The translations under genes and the position numbers were made by a program. Below, piece by piece: positions 35,662 through 45,857 of a stretch of 64,000 nt of DNA. The notes under the pieces were generated by a model. The model ran no database searches and was not told the origin of the DNA. It was given only the letters and a program-made list of their open reading frames with translations. Every line of letters begins with the position of its first letter. The stretch's first letter is position 1. The stretch is from NCBI GenBank assembly GCA_963823665.1, contig CAWGMQ010000005.1, positions 32,001-96,000 of the forward strand. Direction: 5' to 3'. The stretch comes from an uncultured Planctomycetota bacterium (GTDB lineage: Bacteria; Planctomycetota; Planctomycetia; Isosphaerales; Isosphaeraceae).

Positions 35662-37333
35662 ATGTCTGTTGCACTGAGCCAGCGCCCCTGGGGCAAACGA
35701 TCGATCCAGGCCGCCCTGCCCTGGATTGGGATGGGCCTTTGCGTGGGGCTGTTCATTACCTACATCGCGTATGAGCGTTTGTTTGGCAAGCCGCTCAAAT
35801 CCGGGTCGGGGACTCCGGCTTCGCAAGCTGCCGAGCAAGACGGTGGCGGAAAGCCGGCGCAACGGCCACCCGGCGGCGTGAACACCGTCACGCTCGACGA
35901 ATCGAAATTTGCGGTTGCGAAGATCATGATTGAAGAAGTGCGCATCGACAAGATTGCGACGGACGTGTCGGTCGTCGGGCAAATCCAGGCGAACATGGAC
36001 GAGCAGGTCGAAATCCGCCCTCGCTCTGCGGGGATCATTCGCGAGGTTCCAGCCAAGCTGGGCCAGCGGATCAAACGTGGCGACACGCTGGTGACGCTCG
36101 ACAGCCCGGACATCGGCACCGCGCGGCTGAACCTGCGGGCCAAGCAGCGCGAGCTGTCGACCGCGCGGTTCGAATATGGCTGGAAGAAGGAAATCGCGGG
36201 CAACGTCGCCCTGCTCATTCCCGAGCTGAAGCGTGGTATCAGGCGAGCGCCGGAGTGCACTCTCGGACGACGATGAGCACATGGAGCAACCACCCAAGCC
36301 GCGTGGGAAGGCGCCGGTGTCGAGCTCATCGACCGATGCTCGAGTGATCGAGAAGCAATTCGCGGACAAGCAACTGGGCACCTATCGGGGCACCCTCTTG
36401 CAGGCGTACGCGGACTTTGACATCGCCAGCCACGAGGAGCAGAAGCAAGCCTACCTGTTGCGGAAGGATATCGTGGGGGAGCATCCGGCGCTTGTGGCGC
36501 GGCATACGCGAGAGGGAATTCAAGCCAAGCTCGAAGCAGCGATCGAGCAGGTGCACTATGACGCGGAATGGGAGAGGCGAGTGGCCGCGCAGGGTGTGCA
36601 ACTGGCGGAGGCGACGGTCGTGGATGCGGCGCTGCGATTGCGCATCCTGGGTGTCTCCGAGGATATTCAAGACCTGCTCGACCACGCCGACCTCGCGAGC
36701 ACCCGCGCTCGCGAGGAAGACGTCACGTACTACCGGATCACGGCACCCTTTGACGGGACGATCATCAAGAAGACGCCGACGGCGGTTCGAAGCCAGAAGG
36801 CTGATCTGAACGACGTTCTGTTCATGCTGGCCGACTTGCGCACGGTCTGGGTAACGGCCAACGTCTCCGAGGTGAACGTCGCCAAGCTTCCCAAGATCAA
36901 GGACGGTACCTTCAGCCTGAGCGCCAAAGCCTATCCCGGCCGCGAATTCTCGGCGCGGCTGCTTTCCGTCGGCGCGGCAGTTGATGCCCAGACCCGTACC
37001 GTGCCGGTGCTCGCCCAGGCGGAGAATGCCGATGACCTTTTCAAGCTGGGAATGAACGTGCAGATCCACCTGGACAGCTCGTCGACCGAGTCGGTGCTGA
37101 CGGTTCCCGACGCCGCGGTGGTGGAAATCGATGGTCAGAGCTACGTGTTCGTACCGGTCAAGAATGGACCGAGTGAACACGTTTTCTCTCCTCGCCCGGT
37201 GGAGATCGGGCGGACGACCAACGGCCGCGTGGTGCTCACGGCCGGCCTGGCCAAGGGCGAGAAGGTCGTCTCCTTCGGGAGCTTCATGCTCAAGAGCGAG
37301 CTCATTCTGCGGAATCAAGCCGACGAGGAATAA
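35662..37333 (+). CDS. Heavy-metal RND efflux periplasmic adaptor, CzcB/CusB-like (frameshift ~36240)
   Basis: GGAG RBS, N-terminal TM, lipoyl halves (LGQRIKRGDTL; ITAPFDGTII), ADLRTVWV, VPDAAV, GSFMLKSEL. Confidence 0.88.
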
Positions 37334-37356
37334 TAGTCACGAAGGCGGGTGCACCG

Positions 37357-40300
37357 ATGCTCAACTCGATCATCCAATCATCGCTCAACAACCGGTTTTT
37401 CGTGATCATGGCCACCATCCTGGTCGGCGGGATGGGGGTGTATTCCGCGCTCCATCTGGCGATCGACGCAGTGCCCGACCTGACGAACGTGCAGGTGCAG
37501 GTGATCACCGAATCACCGGCGCTTTCACCTGTCGAGGTGGACTCGCTCCTGTCGTTTCCGGTCTCAGGCGCGATGAGCGGGTTGCCTGACGTCGAGCAGA
37601 TTCGGTCGATCTCCAAGTTCGGCGTTTCCGTGGTCACAGTCGTTTTCAAGGAGGGGACGGACATCTACCGGGCGCGTCAGCTCGTGGGCGAGCGGCTGCC
37701 GCGCGCGGCCGAGGCCATCCCGCCGGGTTACGGCACGCCGATGCTGGGGCCGATCGCCACGGCGCTGGGCGAAGTCTTTCAGTTCCAGGTGAAGGCGACC
37801 AAGGAATCCGGGCTGACGCCGATGGACCTTCGCACCCTACTCGACTGGTTCATCGCCTACCAGTTGCGACGCGTGGAAGGCGTGACCGAGATCAACGCGC
37901 ATGGCGGCGAGATGAAGACGTACGAGGTCGAGCCCGACCCCGATGAGCTGGCGGCCCGTCGGCTGTCGATGACCGAGCTCTTCGCGGCGCTCAAGTCCAA
38001 CAATGCCAACGTGGGGGGCGGCTACCTGGTTCATGAAGGCGAGGCCCGCTACATCCGCGGTGTCAGCCAGGTGCGCACGATCGAGGACATCGCCGCGATC
38101 GTCATTGACGAGCGCGACGGAGTGCCTGTCACCGTGCGGGATGTGGCCAAGGTGAGGACGGCGCCGATGATCCGGGCGGGCCTGGCGACACGAGATGGCC
38201 AGGGAGAGATCGTCACGGGACTGGTGATGATGCTGATCGGCCAGAATGGACGCGAGGTCGTCGATCGGGTGAAGAAGGAAATCGAAGAGCTGAAGAAGCG
38301 GCTGCCGCCCGGAGTGACGATCGAGCCGCTCTACGATCGAACTCACCTGATCGAGCACACGCTCAGCACAGTTCTGCACAACCTGACAGCGGGTGGCGCG
38401 CTCGTCATCTTGATCCTGCTGGTGATGCTGGGAAACCTGCGTGGTGGAATCATCGTGGCACTGGCGATCCCGCTCTCCATGCTCTTCGCCGCCAATGTCA
38501 TGCTGGCGCTGGGAATCTCGGCGAGCTTGATGAGTCTCGGGGCCATCGACTTCGGCCTGATCGTGGATTCGAGCGTGATCATGATCGAGAACTGCGTGAG
38601 ACGACTGGCGCACGAGGGCGGAACCCGGCCCAAGATCGACATCGTGCGCGATGCCGCGATCGAAGTGCGCAAGCCGACAATGTTCGGCGAGCTGATCATC
38701 GCGATCGTTTACCTGCCGATCCTGGCGCTGCAGGGCACGGAAGGGAAACTCTTCCGGCCGATGGCGCTGACGGTGATTTTCGCACTCGCGGGGTCGCTGC
38801 TCCTGTCGCTCACGCTCATGCCGGTGCTGGCGTCAATGGGGCTCTCCAGCCGGCCAATGGAGAAAGACGTATGGGTACTGCGATGGGCGAAGCACATCTA
38901 TCAGCCGGTACTTGATTTCTTCATCCGCCGCCCGGTTCTCGCGGTGGTGATCGCGCTATCGCTGCTGGTTGCGAGTGTGCCGACGGCGCTTCATCTCGGA
39001 GGCGAGTTCATGCCCCGGTTGAATGAAGGAGACCTCCTGGTCGAGGCCGTGCGAATCCCGTCCGCTTCGCTCGAGGGGGCCGTGGCCGCTTCCACTCAGA
39101 TCGAGAACTTGCTCAAGACGATTCCGGAGGTGCGGCTGGTGTATTGCAAGACCGGGCGCCCGGAGATCGCCAACGACGTGATGGGGGTTCACCAGACCGA
39201 CGTCTGGACGATGCTCAAGCCACCGAGCGAGTGGCGGGCGGGCCTCACGCGGGACATGTTGATCGAGGAGATGGACAAGTTGCTGGGCGAGCATGTGCCG
39301 GGGGTGAAATTCGGTTTCAGCCAGCCGATCGAGATGCGGGTGAACGAACTGGTCGCGGGCGTCAAGAGCGACGTCGCGGTGCTCATCTACGGGCCGGACC
39401 TGAAAGTGCTGCGGAAGCTTTCGCTCGAAGTCGAGCGCGTCATATCGAAAATCGACGGCGCCCGCGACGTGAAGAACCCGACCGCCGGCCGCCTGCCGAT
39501 GCTGCGCATCAACGTCCGGCGCGATCAACTGGCGCGCTTCGGCATCAAGGCCTCGGACGTTCTGGACGCGGTCGCGGCGCTCGGCGGAACGACGGTGGGC
39601 ACGGTCTTCGAGGAAGACAAACGGCACCCGCTGCGCGTTCGCCTGCCGGAGTCCTGGCGCGAAGACCCCGCGCAGATGGAGTCGATCCGGGTGGTCGATC
39701 CGAAGGGGCGGCCGACCTTGCTCAAGGACCTGGCCGAATTCGTCAAGGAAGAAGGGGAGAGCGAGGTCGAACGCGAAAACGCCCAGCACCGGGCTGTTGT
39801 GGGTGTCAACGTGCGGGGCCGGGATATCGCCAGCTTCGTCGCCGAAGCCCAGCGCGCCATCGAGGAGCAGGTCAAGTTTCCTCATCTGTACCATCCTCGC
39901 TGGGGCGGCCAGTTCGAGCATTTGCAGACGGCGGTCCAGCGATTGCTGATCGTCGTTCCGGTGACGCTGCTCTTGATCCTTCTACTGCTTTACGGCTCGC
40001 TTCATTCGTTTCGACTGGTTGCCCTGATCGCCCCGACCTTGCCGATGGCTGCCACGGGCGGTGTCTTCGCGCTCTACCTGCGAGGAATGCCGTTTTCAAT
40101 CTCGGCCGCGGTCGGTTTCATCGCTCTCTTTGGCGTCGCCGTTCTCAATGGCCTGGTATGGGTGAGCGCGGTCGAGCACCTTCGCGAAGGAGGCGCTTCG
40201 CCCCACGAGGCCGCGCGCGAAGCGGCCGTTGTGCGGCTTCGCCCGATCCTGATGACTGCGCTCGTCGCCGGGCTGGGATTCATCCCGATGGCGGTGGCCA

Positions 40301-40440
40301 CCACTCCTGGCGCCGAAATCCAGCGGCCGCTGGCCACCGTCGTCATCGGTGGAGTCATCACATCGACTCTTTTGACCTCGCTCGTGTTGCCCTCGATCTA
40401 CCCGTGGTTCGCTCGAAAATCGATACTGGAGGACAGATGA
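37357..40440 (+). CDS. czcA: CzcA/CusA family heavy-metal efflux RND transporter
   Basis: IDAVPDLTNVQVQV, SLGAIDFGLIVDSSVIMIEN, EGKLFRPMA, RLRPILMTALVA, EIQRPLATVVIGG; 1027 aa. Confidence 0.95.
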   Translation: MLNSIIQSSLNNRFFVIMATILVGGMGVYSALHLAIDAVPDLTNVQVQVITESPALSPVEVDSLLSFPVSGAMSGLPDVEQIRSISKFGVSVVTVVFKEGTDIYRARQLVGERLPRAAEAIPPGYGTPMLGPIATALGEVFQFQVKATKESGLTPMDLRTLLDWFIAYQLRRVEGVTEINAHGGEMKTYEVEPDPDELAARRLSMTELFAALKSNNANVGGGYLVHEGEARYIRGVSQVRTIEDIAAIVIDERDGVPVTVRDVAKVRTAPMIRAGLATRDGQGEIVTGLVMMLIGQNGREVVDRVKKEIEELKKRLPPGVTIEPLYDRTHLIEHTLSTVLHNLTAGGALVILILLVMLGNLRGGIIVALAIPLSMLFAANVMLALGISASLMSLGAIDFGLIVDSSVIMIENCVRRLAHEGGTRPKIDIVRDAAIEVRKPTMFGELIIAIVYLPILALQGTEGKLFRPMALTVIFALAGSLLLSLTLMPVLASMGLSSRPMEKDVWVLRWAKHIYQPVLDFFIRRPVLAVVIALSLLVASVPTALHLGGEFMPRLNEGDLLVEAVRIPSASLEGAVAASTQIENLLKTIPEVRLVYCKTGRPEIANDVMGVHQTDVWTMLKPPSEWRAGLTRDMLIEEMDKLLGEHVPGVKFGFSQPIEMRVNELVAGVKSDVAVLIYGPDLKVLRKLSLEVERVISKIDGARDVKNPTAGRLPMLRINVRRDQLARFGIKASDVLDAVAALGGTTVGTVFEEDKRHPLRVRLPESWREDPAQMESIRVVDPKGRPTLLKDLAEFVKEEGESEVERENAQHRAVVGVNVRGRDIASFVAEAQRAIEEQVKFPHLYHPRWGGQFEHLQTAVQRLLIVVPVTLLLILLLLYGSLHSFRLVALIAPTLPMAATGGVFALYLRGMPFSISAAVGFIALFGVAVLNGLVWVSAVEHLREGGASPHEAAREAAVVRLRPILMTALVAGLGFIPMAVATTPGAEIQRPLATVVIGGVITSTLLTSLVLPSIYPWFARKSILEDR

Positions 40441-40530
40441 CCAGGATCAGGCCGCCAGTCCGGGACGGGCGCGGACACTGATCGGCGCTCGAGGGATTTC
40501 GCGGCGAGTCGATCACCTGGTGTCCATCAC

Positions 40531-41954
40531 TTACTTCGCACCGGAGACGATCGCCGGTTTGCGGGTGTGCCAGTCGGTCAGCGATTCGTAGGCGGCCGCT
40601 GCGCGGAACAGGGTTGCTTCATCCCACGGACGTCCGACGAGCTGAAGGCCGACCGGCAGGCCCTCCGGCGTAAACCCGCAGGGGATCGATACCGCCGGCT
40701 GACCGGTCAGATTGAACGGGAGCGTCAGGTCGAGAAACGCGCGCACGAGCGGAACTTCCTGGCCGCCGAGGGTCGCGGTGGTCGCGCCGATTGACGGAGC
40801 CGCGATCGGGCTCGTCGGTGTGACCAGCACGTCAAACGACCGCCAGAGCACCGGTACGCTGCGATTGTGTTGCGGCGCACCTGCTGCCCCGCCAGGTACT
40901 GCGGGGCGGTGAGAAAAAGGCCCGCCTGGAGCAGCGGCCGCACCTCGTCAGAAAACTCGGCCGCCCTGGTGCGAATCAGCTCCTCATGAGCTGCGGAGGC
41001 CTCGCTGAAGATGATCGCGCGATGTGCGCCGACAACCGGGTTCAGCGGTGGGAATCGCACGTCGACGAGCGTCGCTCCCGCCTTTTGCAGAACGCCGAGA
41101 GAGTCCTGGATCGCTGCGGCGACGCCCGGGTCCATTCGGGCAAGGAACTGATCGTGCGGCACGCCGATGCGGATGCGTTTCAGCCCACCATTTAAAGCAT
41201 TCAAATAGCTGGGAACTTCTCCGCGGCGCGTCGCGGTGTCCTTGGGGTCGAGTCCGGCCATCACCGACAGGAGCACCGCGGCGTCTCCGACGTCTCGCGA
41301 CATCGGACCGACAGTGTCCATCGACCATGAAAGCGGAATGCCACCATGGCGGCTGACCCGCCCGTAGGTGACCTTGACGCCGACGACACCACAGAGCGCG
41401 GCCGGCTGCCGATTCGAGCCGCCCGTATCGCCGCCGACGGCGGCAAGCACCATGCCCGAGGCGAGTGCGGCCGCATTCCCGCCGCTGCTGCCGCCGGGGA
41501 TGCGTGACAGGTTCCAGGGATTGTGGCAATCTCCGTAGAACGGATTGCGGCTGGTGAAACCATAGGCCATTTCGTGCATCGCCGACTTGCCCACGATGAC
41601 GCAGCCTGCGTTTCTGAGCCGCTCTACAACCGTCGCATCCTCGCGCGGGACGAAGTTCGCGAAGACCTTTGTGCCGCCGGTGGTGCGAACTCCCCTGGTC
41701 CAGAAACTGTCCTTGATCGCGGTGGGAACACCAGCGAGCGGCATGCCCGCCCCCTGGCCCGAGGCGACCTTGCGGTCAACCTGTGCGGCCGCAGCGAGCG
41801 CTTCATCTTTCATGACGGTGATGAAGGCGTGCAGGGTCGGGTTCAGCTTGTCGATCCGCTCCAGGGCAGCCTCGGTTACAGCAACCGCGGTCAGCTCACG
41901 GCGGCGCACGGCGTCGGCGACTTTGCGGGCCGTGAGCGTTGTCAGGTCGATCAT
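40531..41954 (-). CDS. Amidase signature family protein, GatA/AtzE-like (frameshift ~40855)
   Basis: AIKD, GGSSGG, GGDTGGSNRQPA, GVKVTYGRVS; C-terminal PFNLTGQPAVSIPCG..GLPVGLQLVG in the shifted frame. Confidence 0.92.
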
Positions 41955-42166
41955 GACGGCCACTCCTCGACAACGACGCCGCTCTCGGGCTCAACCGAGC
42001 GCCGGTCGCCTGGCGGCATCAGGCGAATTTCGTCGAAAAGTCCGTTCAACGTGGTCGTCAGGGCGTCGATCTCGCCTTGAGCGAGCGAGATTCCGAGCTG
42101 TTCGCTCGCGAAGCGACGAATCGTCTCCGCTTCGAGTATCGGCTTGGCTAAGTCTGGCATGGGCAT
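41951..42166 (-). CDS. Small GatC/AtzG-like amidase partner protein
   Basis: ~70 aa, helical, ends SVEPESG..; its stop overlaps the amidase ATG (ATGA). Confidence 0.6.
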   Translation of the reverse strand: MPMPDLAKPILEAETIRRFASEQLGISLAQGEIDALTTTLNGLFDEIRLMPPGDRRSVEPESGVVVEEWPS

Positions 42167-42355
42167 CTCTCGTCGCGATATGTCGGATCTGCTTGGTGTC
42201 AGGTAACCGGCTGAACTGGCTCTCGTCACGGTGACACTTTGCACCAAACGCGCGAGACACACAACAGAAAACCACAATCGAGGTTAGTGGTGGCGTGATC
42301 ACTCTCGGGCTACAATGGCCGCAATGGCTCGTTTTCTGGTAGTCGTCGAACGAAT

Positions 42356-43183
42356 ATGGCCGAAAGCTCATCTCCGACCGACCTGTCTCCCATGCGGGAA
42401 GGGCCAATTCCGGCAATCGATCGGCTGAGCGCATCGCGGCGCCCGCATCAATCGGCCGTGATGCGCCAGAAGTGGCGCGACCTCTTGTTCCTGCACTGGT
42501 CGGTTGACGCCCAGGAACTGCGACGTGTTGTTCCGCCGGAACTCGACTTGGACCTGTTCGAGGGAACGGCCTATGTGGGTCTGGTGTTTTTCACGATGAC
42601 GGGCGTGCGCCCCGTCGGGTTTCCGCCCGTCTGGGGGCTATCCAGCTTTCACGAGACGAACCTCCGAACCTATGTCCGACTAGGTAACCGGGACCCGGGC
42701 GTCTGGTTTTTCAACCTCGAAGCCGCGAACTCCATCGCCGTGCTTCTGGCCCGCACCATCTTTCACTTGCCGTACCATCGTTCGCGGATGTTCATGGAAC
42801 GAGAACGGACGCATCACGAAGACAGCGCGGGCCTCACGACGATCATGTATGGGGGCGTGCGCCAATGGCCAGGACCAATCCCGGCCTCGTACAGCACGCG
42901 AGCGAGCGTTGGCGGACCGACGCGCGTCGCCGGGCCAGGTACGCTCGACCACTTCCTGATCGAGCGCTACATCCTGTACTCCCGGAAGGCCGACAGCGTC
43001 TTTCAGGGCCGTGTTCACCATGAACCCTATCCAATTCAGTCGGCGAGCGTTGACTATATTCACGAGAACCTGCTGAGTAGCTGGAATCTCCATAAATCCG
43101 AAGATGCCCCTTTAACCCATTTCTCCAAAGGTGTCGACGTCGAGGTCTTCCCGCTACGTCCCGTCGCAGGAAGCCTTTACTGA
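42356..43183 (+). CDS. DUF2071 (YqjF-like) protein
   Basis: MRQKWRDLLFLHW, FHETNLRTYV, GVWFFNLEA, LPYH, FLIERY. Confidence 0.92.
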   Translation: MAESSSPTDLSPMREGPIPAIDRLSASRRPHQSAVMRQKWRDLLFLHWSVDAQELRRVVPPELDLDLFEGTAYVGLVFFTMTGVRPVGFPPVWGLSSFHETNLRTYVRLGNRDPGVWFFNLEAANSIAVLLARTIFHLPYHRSRMFMERERTHHEDSAGLTTIMYGGVRQWPGPIPASYSTRASVGGPTRVAGPGTLDHFLIERYILYSRKADSVFQGRVHHEPYPIQSASVDYIHENLLSSWNLHKSEDAPLTHFSKGVDVEVFPLRPVAGSLY

Positions 43184-43701
43184 ATCCCTGCAAGGCCTCA
43201 GTTTAACACGAATCGCCTGCGGGAGCGGTGAACGAATTCGTTCGTCAGCCTGCCGATGAGGTCGATGTAACGGCCCTGCTGGCCAAATTCGCTCAACTGA
43301 GCGTTTTTGTACCGTTTGTTGAACAAGTTTTTGATCGGCGGCCGGCCACGCTTATCTTGGCTCGGATGGAAGTTGCGTTCCAAGGAGCGAATACATTGTT
43401 CGCACAATGACGTTAGCATTAACAATATACATTTATATCACGCTATAACTACGCAATAGCAACTGTCACGATGTTGTTTTTTTTCAACATCCCAGAAAAG
43501 GGTTGCATTTCGGGGAACGACATCCCATCCTTGGCGACTCACATGGGTCGGCTGGGAGCCCAGAACGGTCGCTTCCCGGATTCGGGTGAACTGGCCGTAC
43601 GGATTGGAGCCGCGTGGAGCGTCTCCTACTCATGTTGCTCGTGGGAGTCTTGTCCATTGGAGAGCACCATTCGTCGCTCAAGGATCCACAACTCAACCTG
43701 G

Positions 43702-44414
43702 ATGAGAACGGTTCTGCGTGTGTGGCTCGGGGCTGTAGCATACATTTCGTGTGCGGCAGTGTCGGAAGCCCAGACCTATTATTACTATCCATCTTCCAAC
43801 ACGACTGCCCCTAGCGTTACGACTGGCCAAGCGACCACGCCGACTTACTATTACCGGCGAGGGCTGTTTGGGCGTTTTGTCCGGTCGGCGTATTCTCCTC
43901 AAGTTTACCAGGGGACGCAGGCTTACCAGCCCGCGGCTGCCCCTGTCTATCAGGTAGCGGCCCAGCCAGTTGCCGCGCAGCCGGCGGTGCCTGCGCAGCC
44001 GGCGGCGCCGCGCAGCCAGCGGCGCCCGCAGAAGCGACCCAGGTTTCGAACTCGAGCACCGCGACGACGGCTACGTCCGAGACAGCGTCAGCGGAAGCGG
44101 CCGCGTACAGCGATCCGTACGGCTTCCTGAGCTGGCTGAACGCCACCCGGGCCTCCTACGGACTGCCGGCGGTTGGTCACGACCCGAATCTCTCGAGCTG
44201 GGCTGCGGAGAACAACAACCATCAAGCCGCTCGCGGCATGGGTCACTTCGTCATGGGCCCGGCGCGCCGGCAGAATGCGGCGTTTGGGTCGTATTCGAGT
44301 ATTGGTGCGATGTGGATGAACTCCCCCGCACACCGCGCGGCGCTGCTGGACCCGACGATTCGCTGGATGGGGATCGCCGGTGCGGGTGCCTACTGGACGT
44401 TCAACGCATATTGA
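43702..44414 (+). CDS. Secreted CAP/SCP-domain protein (frameshift ~44008)
   Basis: Signal peptide and Tyr/Gln/Ala-rich linker; the shifted frame reads LNATRASYGLPAV...MGH..WMNSPAHRAALLDP..GIA..YWTFNAY*. Confidence 0.85.
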
Positions 44415-44572
44415 TCCGAACGTCGTGTACGCTGATGTTGTTTGCTGATCGAGCACCGTCCGAGCCGCAGGATGCAAGGGGCGGAGCGTCGGTGACTGAC
44501 TGTTCGTCGTCGATCGACCGAACATGACCGACCGCGACTGATTTCGTGCGAGGGGTCGCTCATCGATTGCTG

Positions 44573-45190
44573 TCACAGAAAGAGTGCGTCTCGAATGCCG
44601 GCGAGGATTGCCTGTTCGAGATCGAGGTCTCGTCCCCGAAGGATCCAACCCAAGGGCGCGGGGACGGGGCCAATTATTTCGCGGGTCCGATTGACCGGGA
44701 AATCGTTGCTGAAGACGGCGCGGCCCGCCGCCTGGCGATCGGGCTTGGACATGTCTTCGAGGAACTTATAGACTTCTACCTTCACCCGGAACCCGCCGGT
44801 CGGCGCCGGATCGACGTGGATTATCGCCAAGCGGCGAATGGTCTGAAGACTCGCCTCGAATCGATCCTGGAACGTCACCGAGTCGAGCGCCCAGGGCTCG
44901 AGCATTGTGGCGCCCATCTGCGGTTGCGTACGAATGGTGCGCGACAAGCGATTCTCGGACTCGATGTCGAAGTACTTGTCGACGACAGCAACCGTCTTGT
45001 TCCAGACGTTTTCAAAGTCGGTTGCGGGAACAATGAGTGGATTGGCGATGACGGGGGTCGGCGAAAAGATCCTGGTCACGCTCGGCATTCGCCAGTTCGC
45101 CGAGCCCGTGCCACAACCCGGCGCGCTTCCGGCCATACCCGCGAGCAAGGCCCCAACCGCTCGAACAACCCATCTCCGTCGTTTCCGCAT
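44573..45190 (-). CDS. Putative lipoprotein, function unknown
   Basis: Basic n-region, hydrophobic h-region, APGC lipobox-like site; strong coding bias. Confidence 0.7.
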   Translation of the reverse strand: MRKRRRWVVRAVGALLAGMAGSAPGCGTGSANWRMPSVTRIFSPTPVIANPLIVPATDFENVWNKTVAVVDKYFDIESENRLSRTIRTQPQMGATMLEPWALDSVTFQDRFEASLQTIRRLAIIHVDPAPTGGFRVKVEVYKFLEDMSKPDRQAAGRAVFSNDFPVNRTREIIGPVPAPLGWILRGRDLDLEQAILAGIRDALFL

Positions 45191-45857
45191 CGGTAACGGC
45201 CTCGCATGCCCTGTCCCGGCCTCGCCCGATCCACTTTTTGTCGGAATGCGTCTGACATTTCGCACGGCCAAGCGCCCTACTGGACGCGTCGACCGATCTC
45301 AACGGCTGTTCGCGCCCGACCATGTGCACACTTGACCGAGCCGCGCAAGAAACTCACCAAGAATTTGGTGTGTAAGGATTTGCAACAATTCCATGCCCCT
45401 CGGAACGGGGCGACGCGGCGGAATTGGGCCAAGTCTGCAGCACGGCGTGTTGAACTCGATCAACACGAGTTGCGGCATCCTGACTGTTTTCGACCATCCT
45501 GGCAAGGCGGATTGCTCGGGCTCCGCAATAATGACCTACAGTTGACTTAAACCCAAGTATCCTCCAACTTTCCACGGGAAAAACTCTGATCCCGGCAGTA
45601 CGGAGACCCGAGCTGTACTTCACGACACGATATGAACTCGACTCGCTCCGGCATCGCTCGAAATGACCCTATCCATCAACACTTGTTGATAATAGAAGAG
45701 GGAATCGAGTTGGCGGTACGGGACTTGCTGTCTGTTCGACCCCACCGCGCGGTCGCGGTGGGAGTCGTGCGATCGGCGGTGCGCAGAGGGGCTCGTATGT
45801 CCAATCTGCGATCGGAACGTCGCCGTTAACTGCTTATCTAGACAAACGCAAGGAGCT

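Noticed and set aside
40531..41954. Naming the amidase gatA
   Set aside because: No gatB adjacent and the C-terminal motifs fit general amidases, so the symbol is withheld.
43198..43425. Short ORFs on either strand after DUF2071
   Set aside because: Atypical composition, no clear RBS or motif; probably non-coding.
45300..45857. c-di-GMP riboswitch upstream of the GGDEF gene
   Set aside because: No recognisable class I or II consensus by eye; an Infernal/Rfam scan would be needed.
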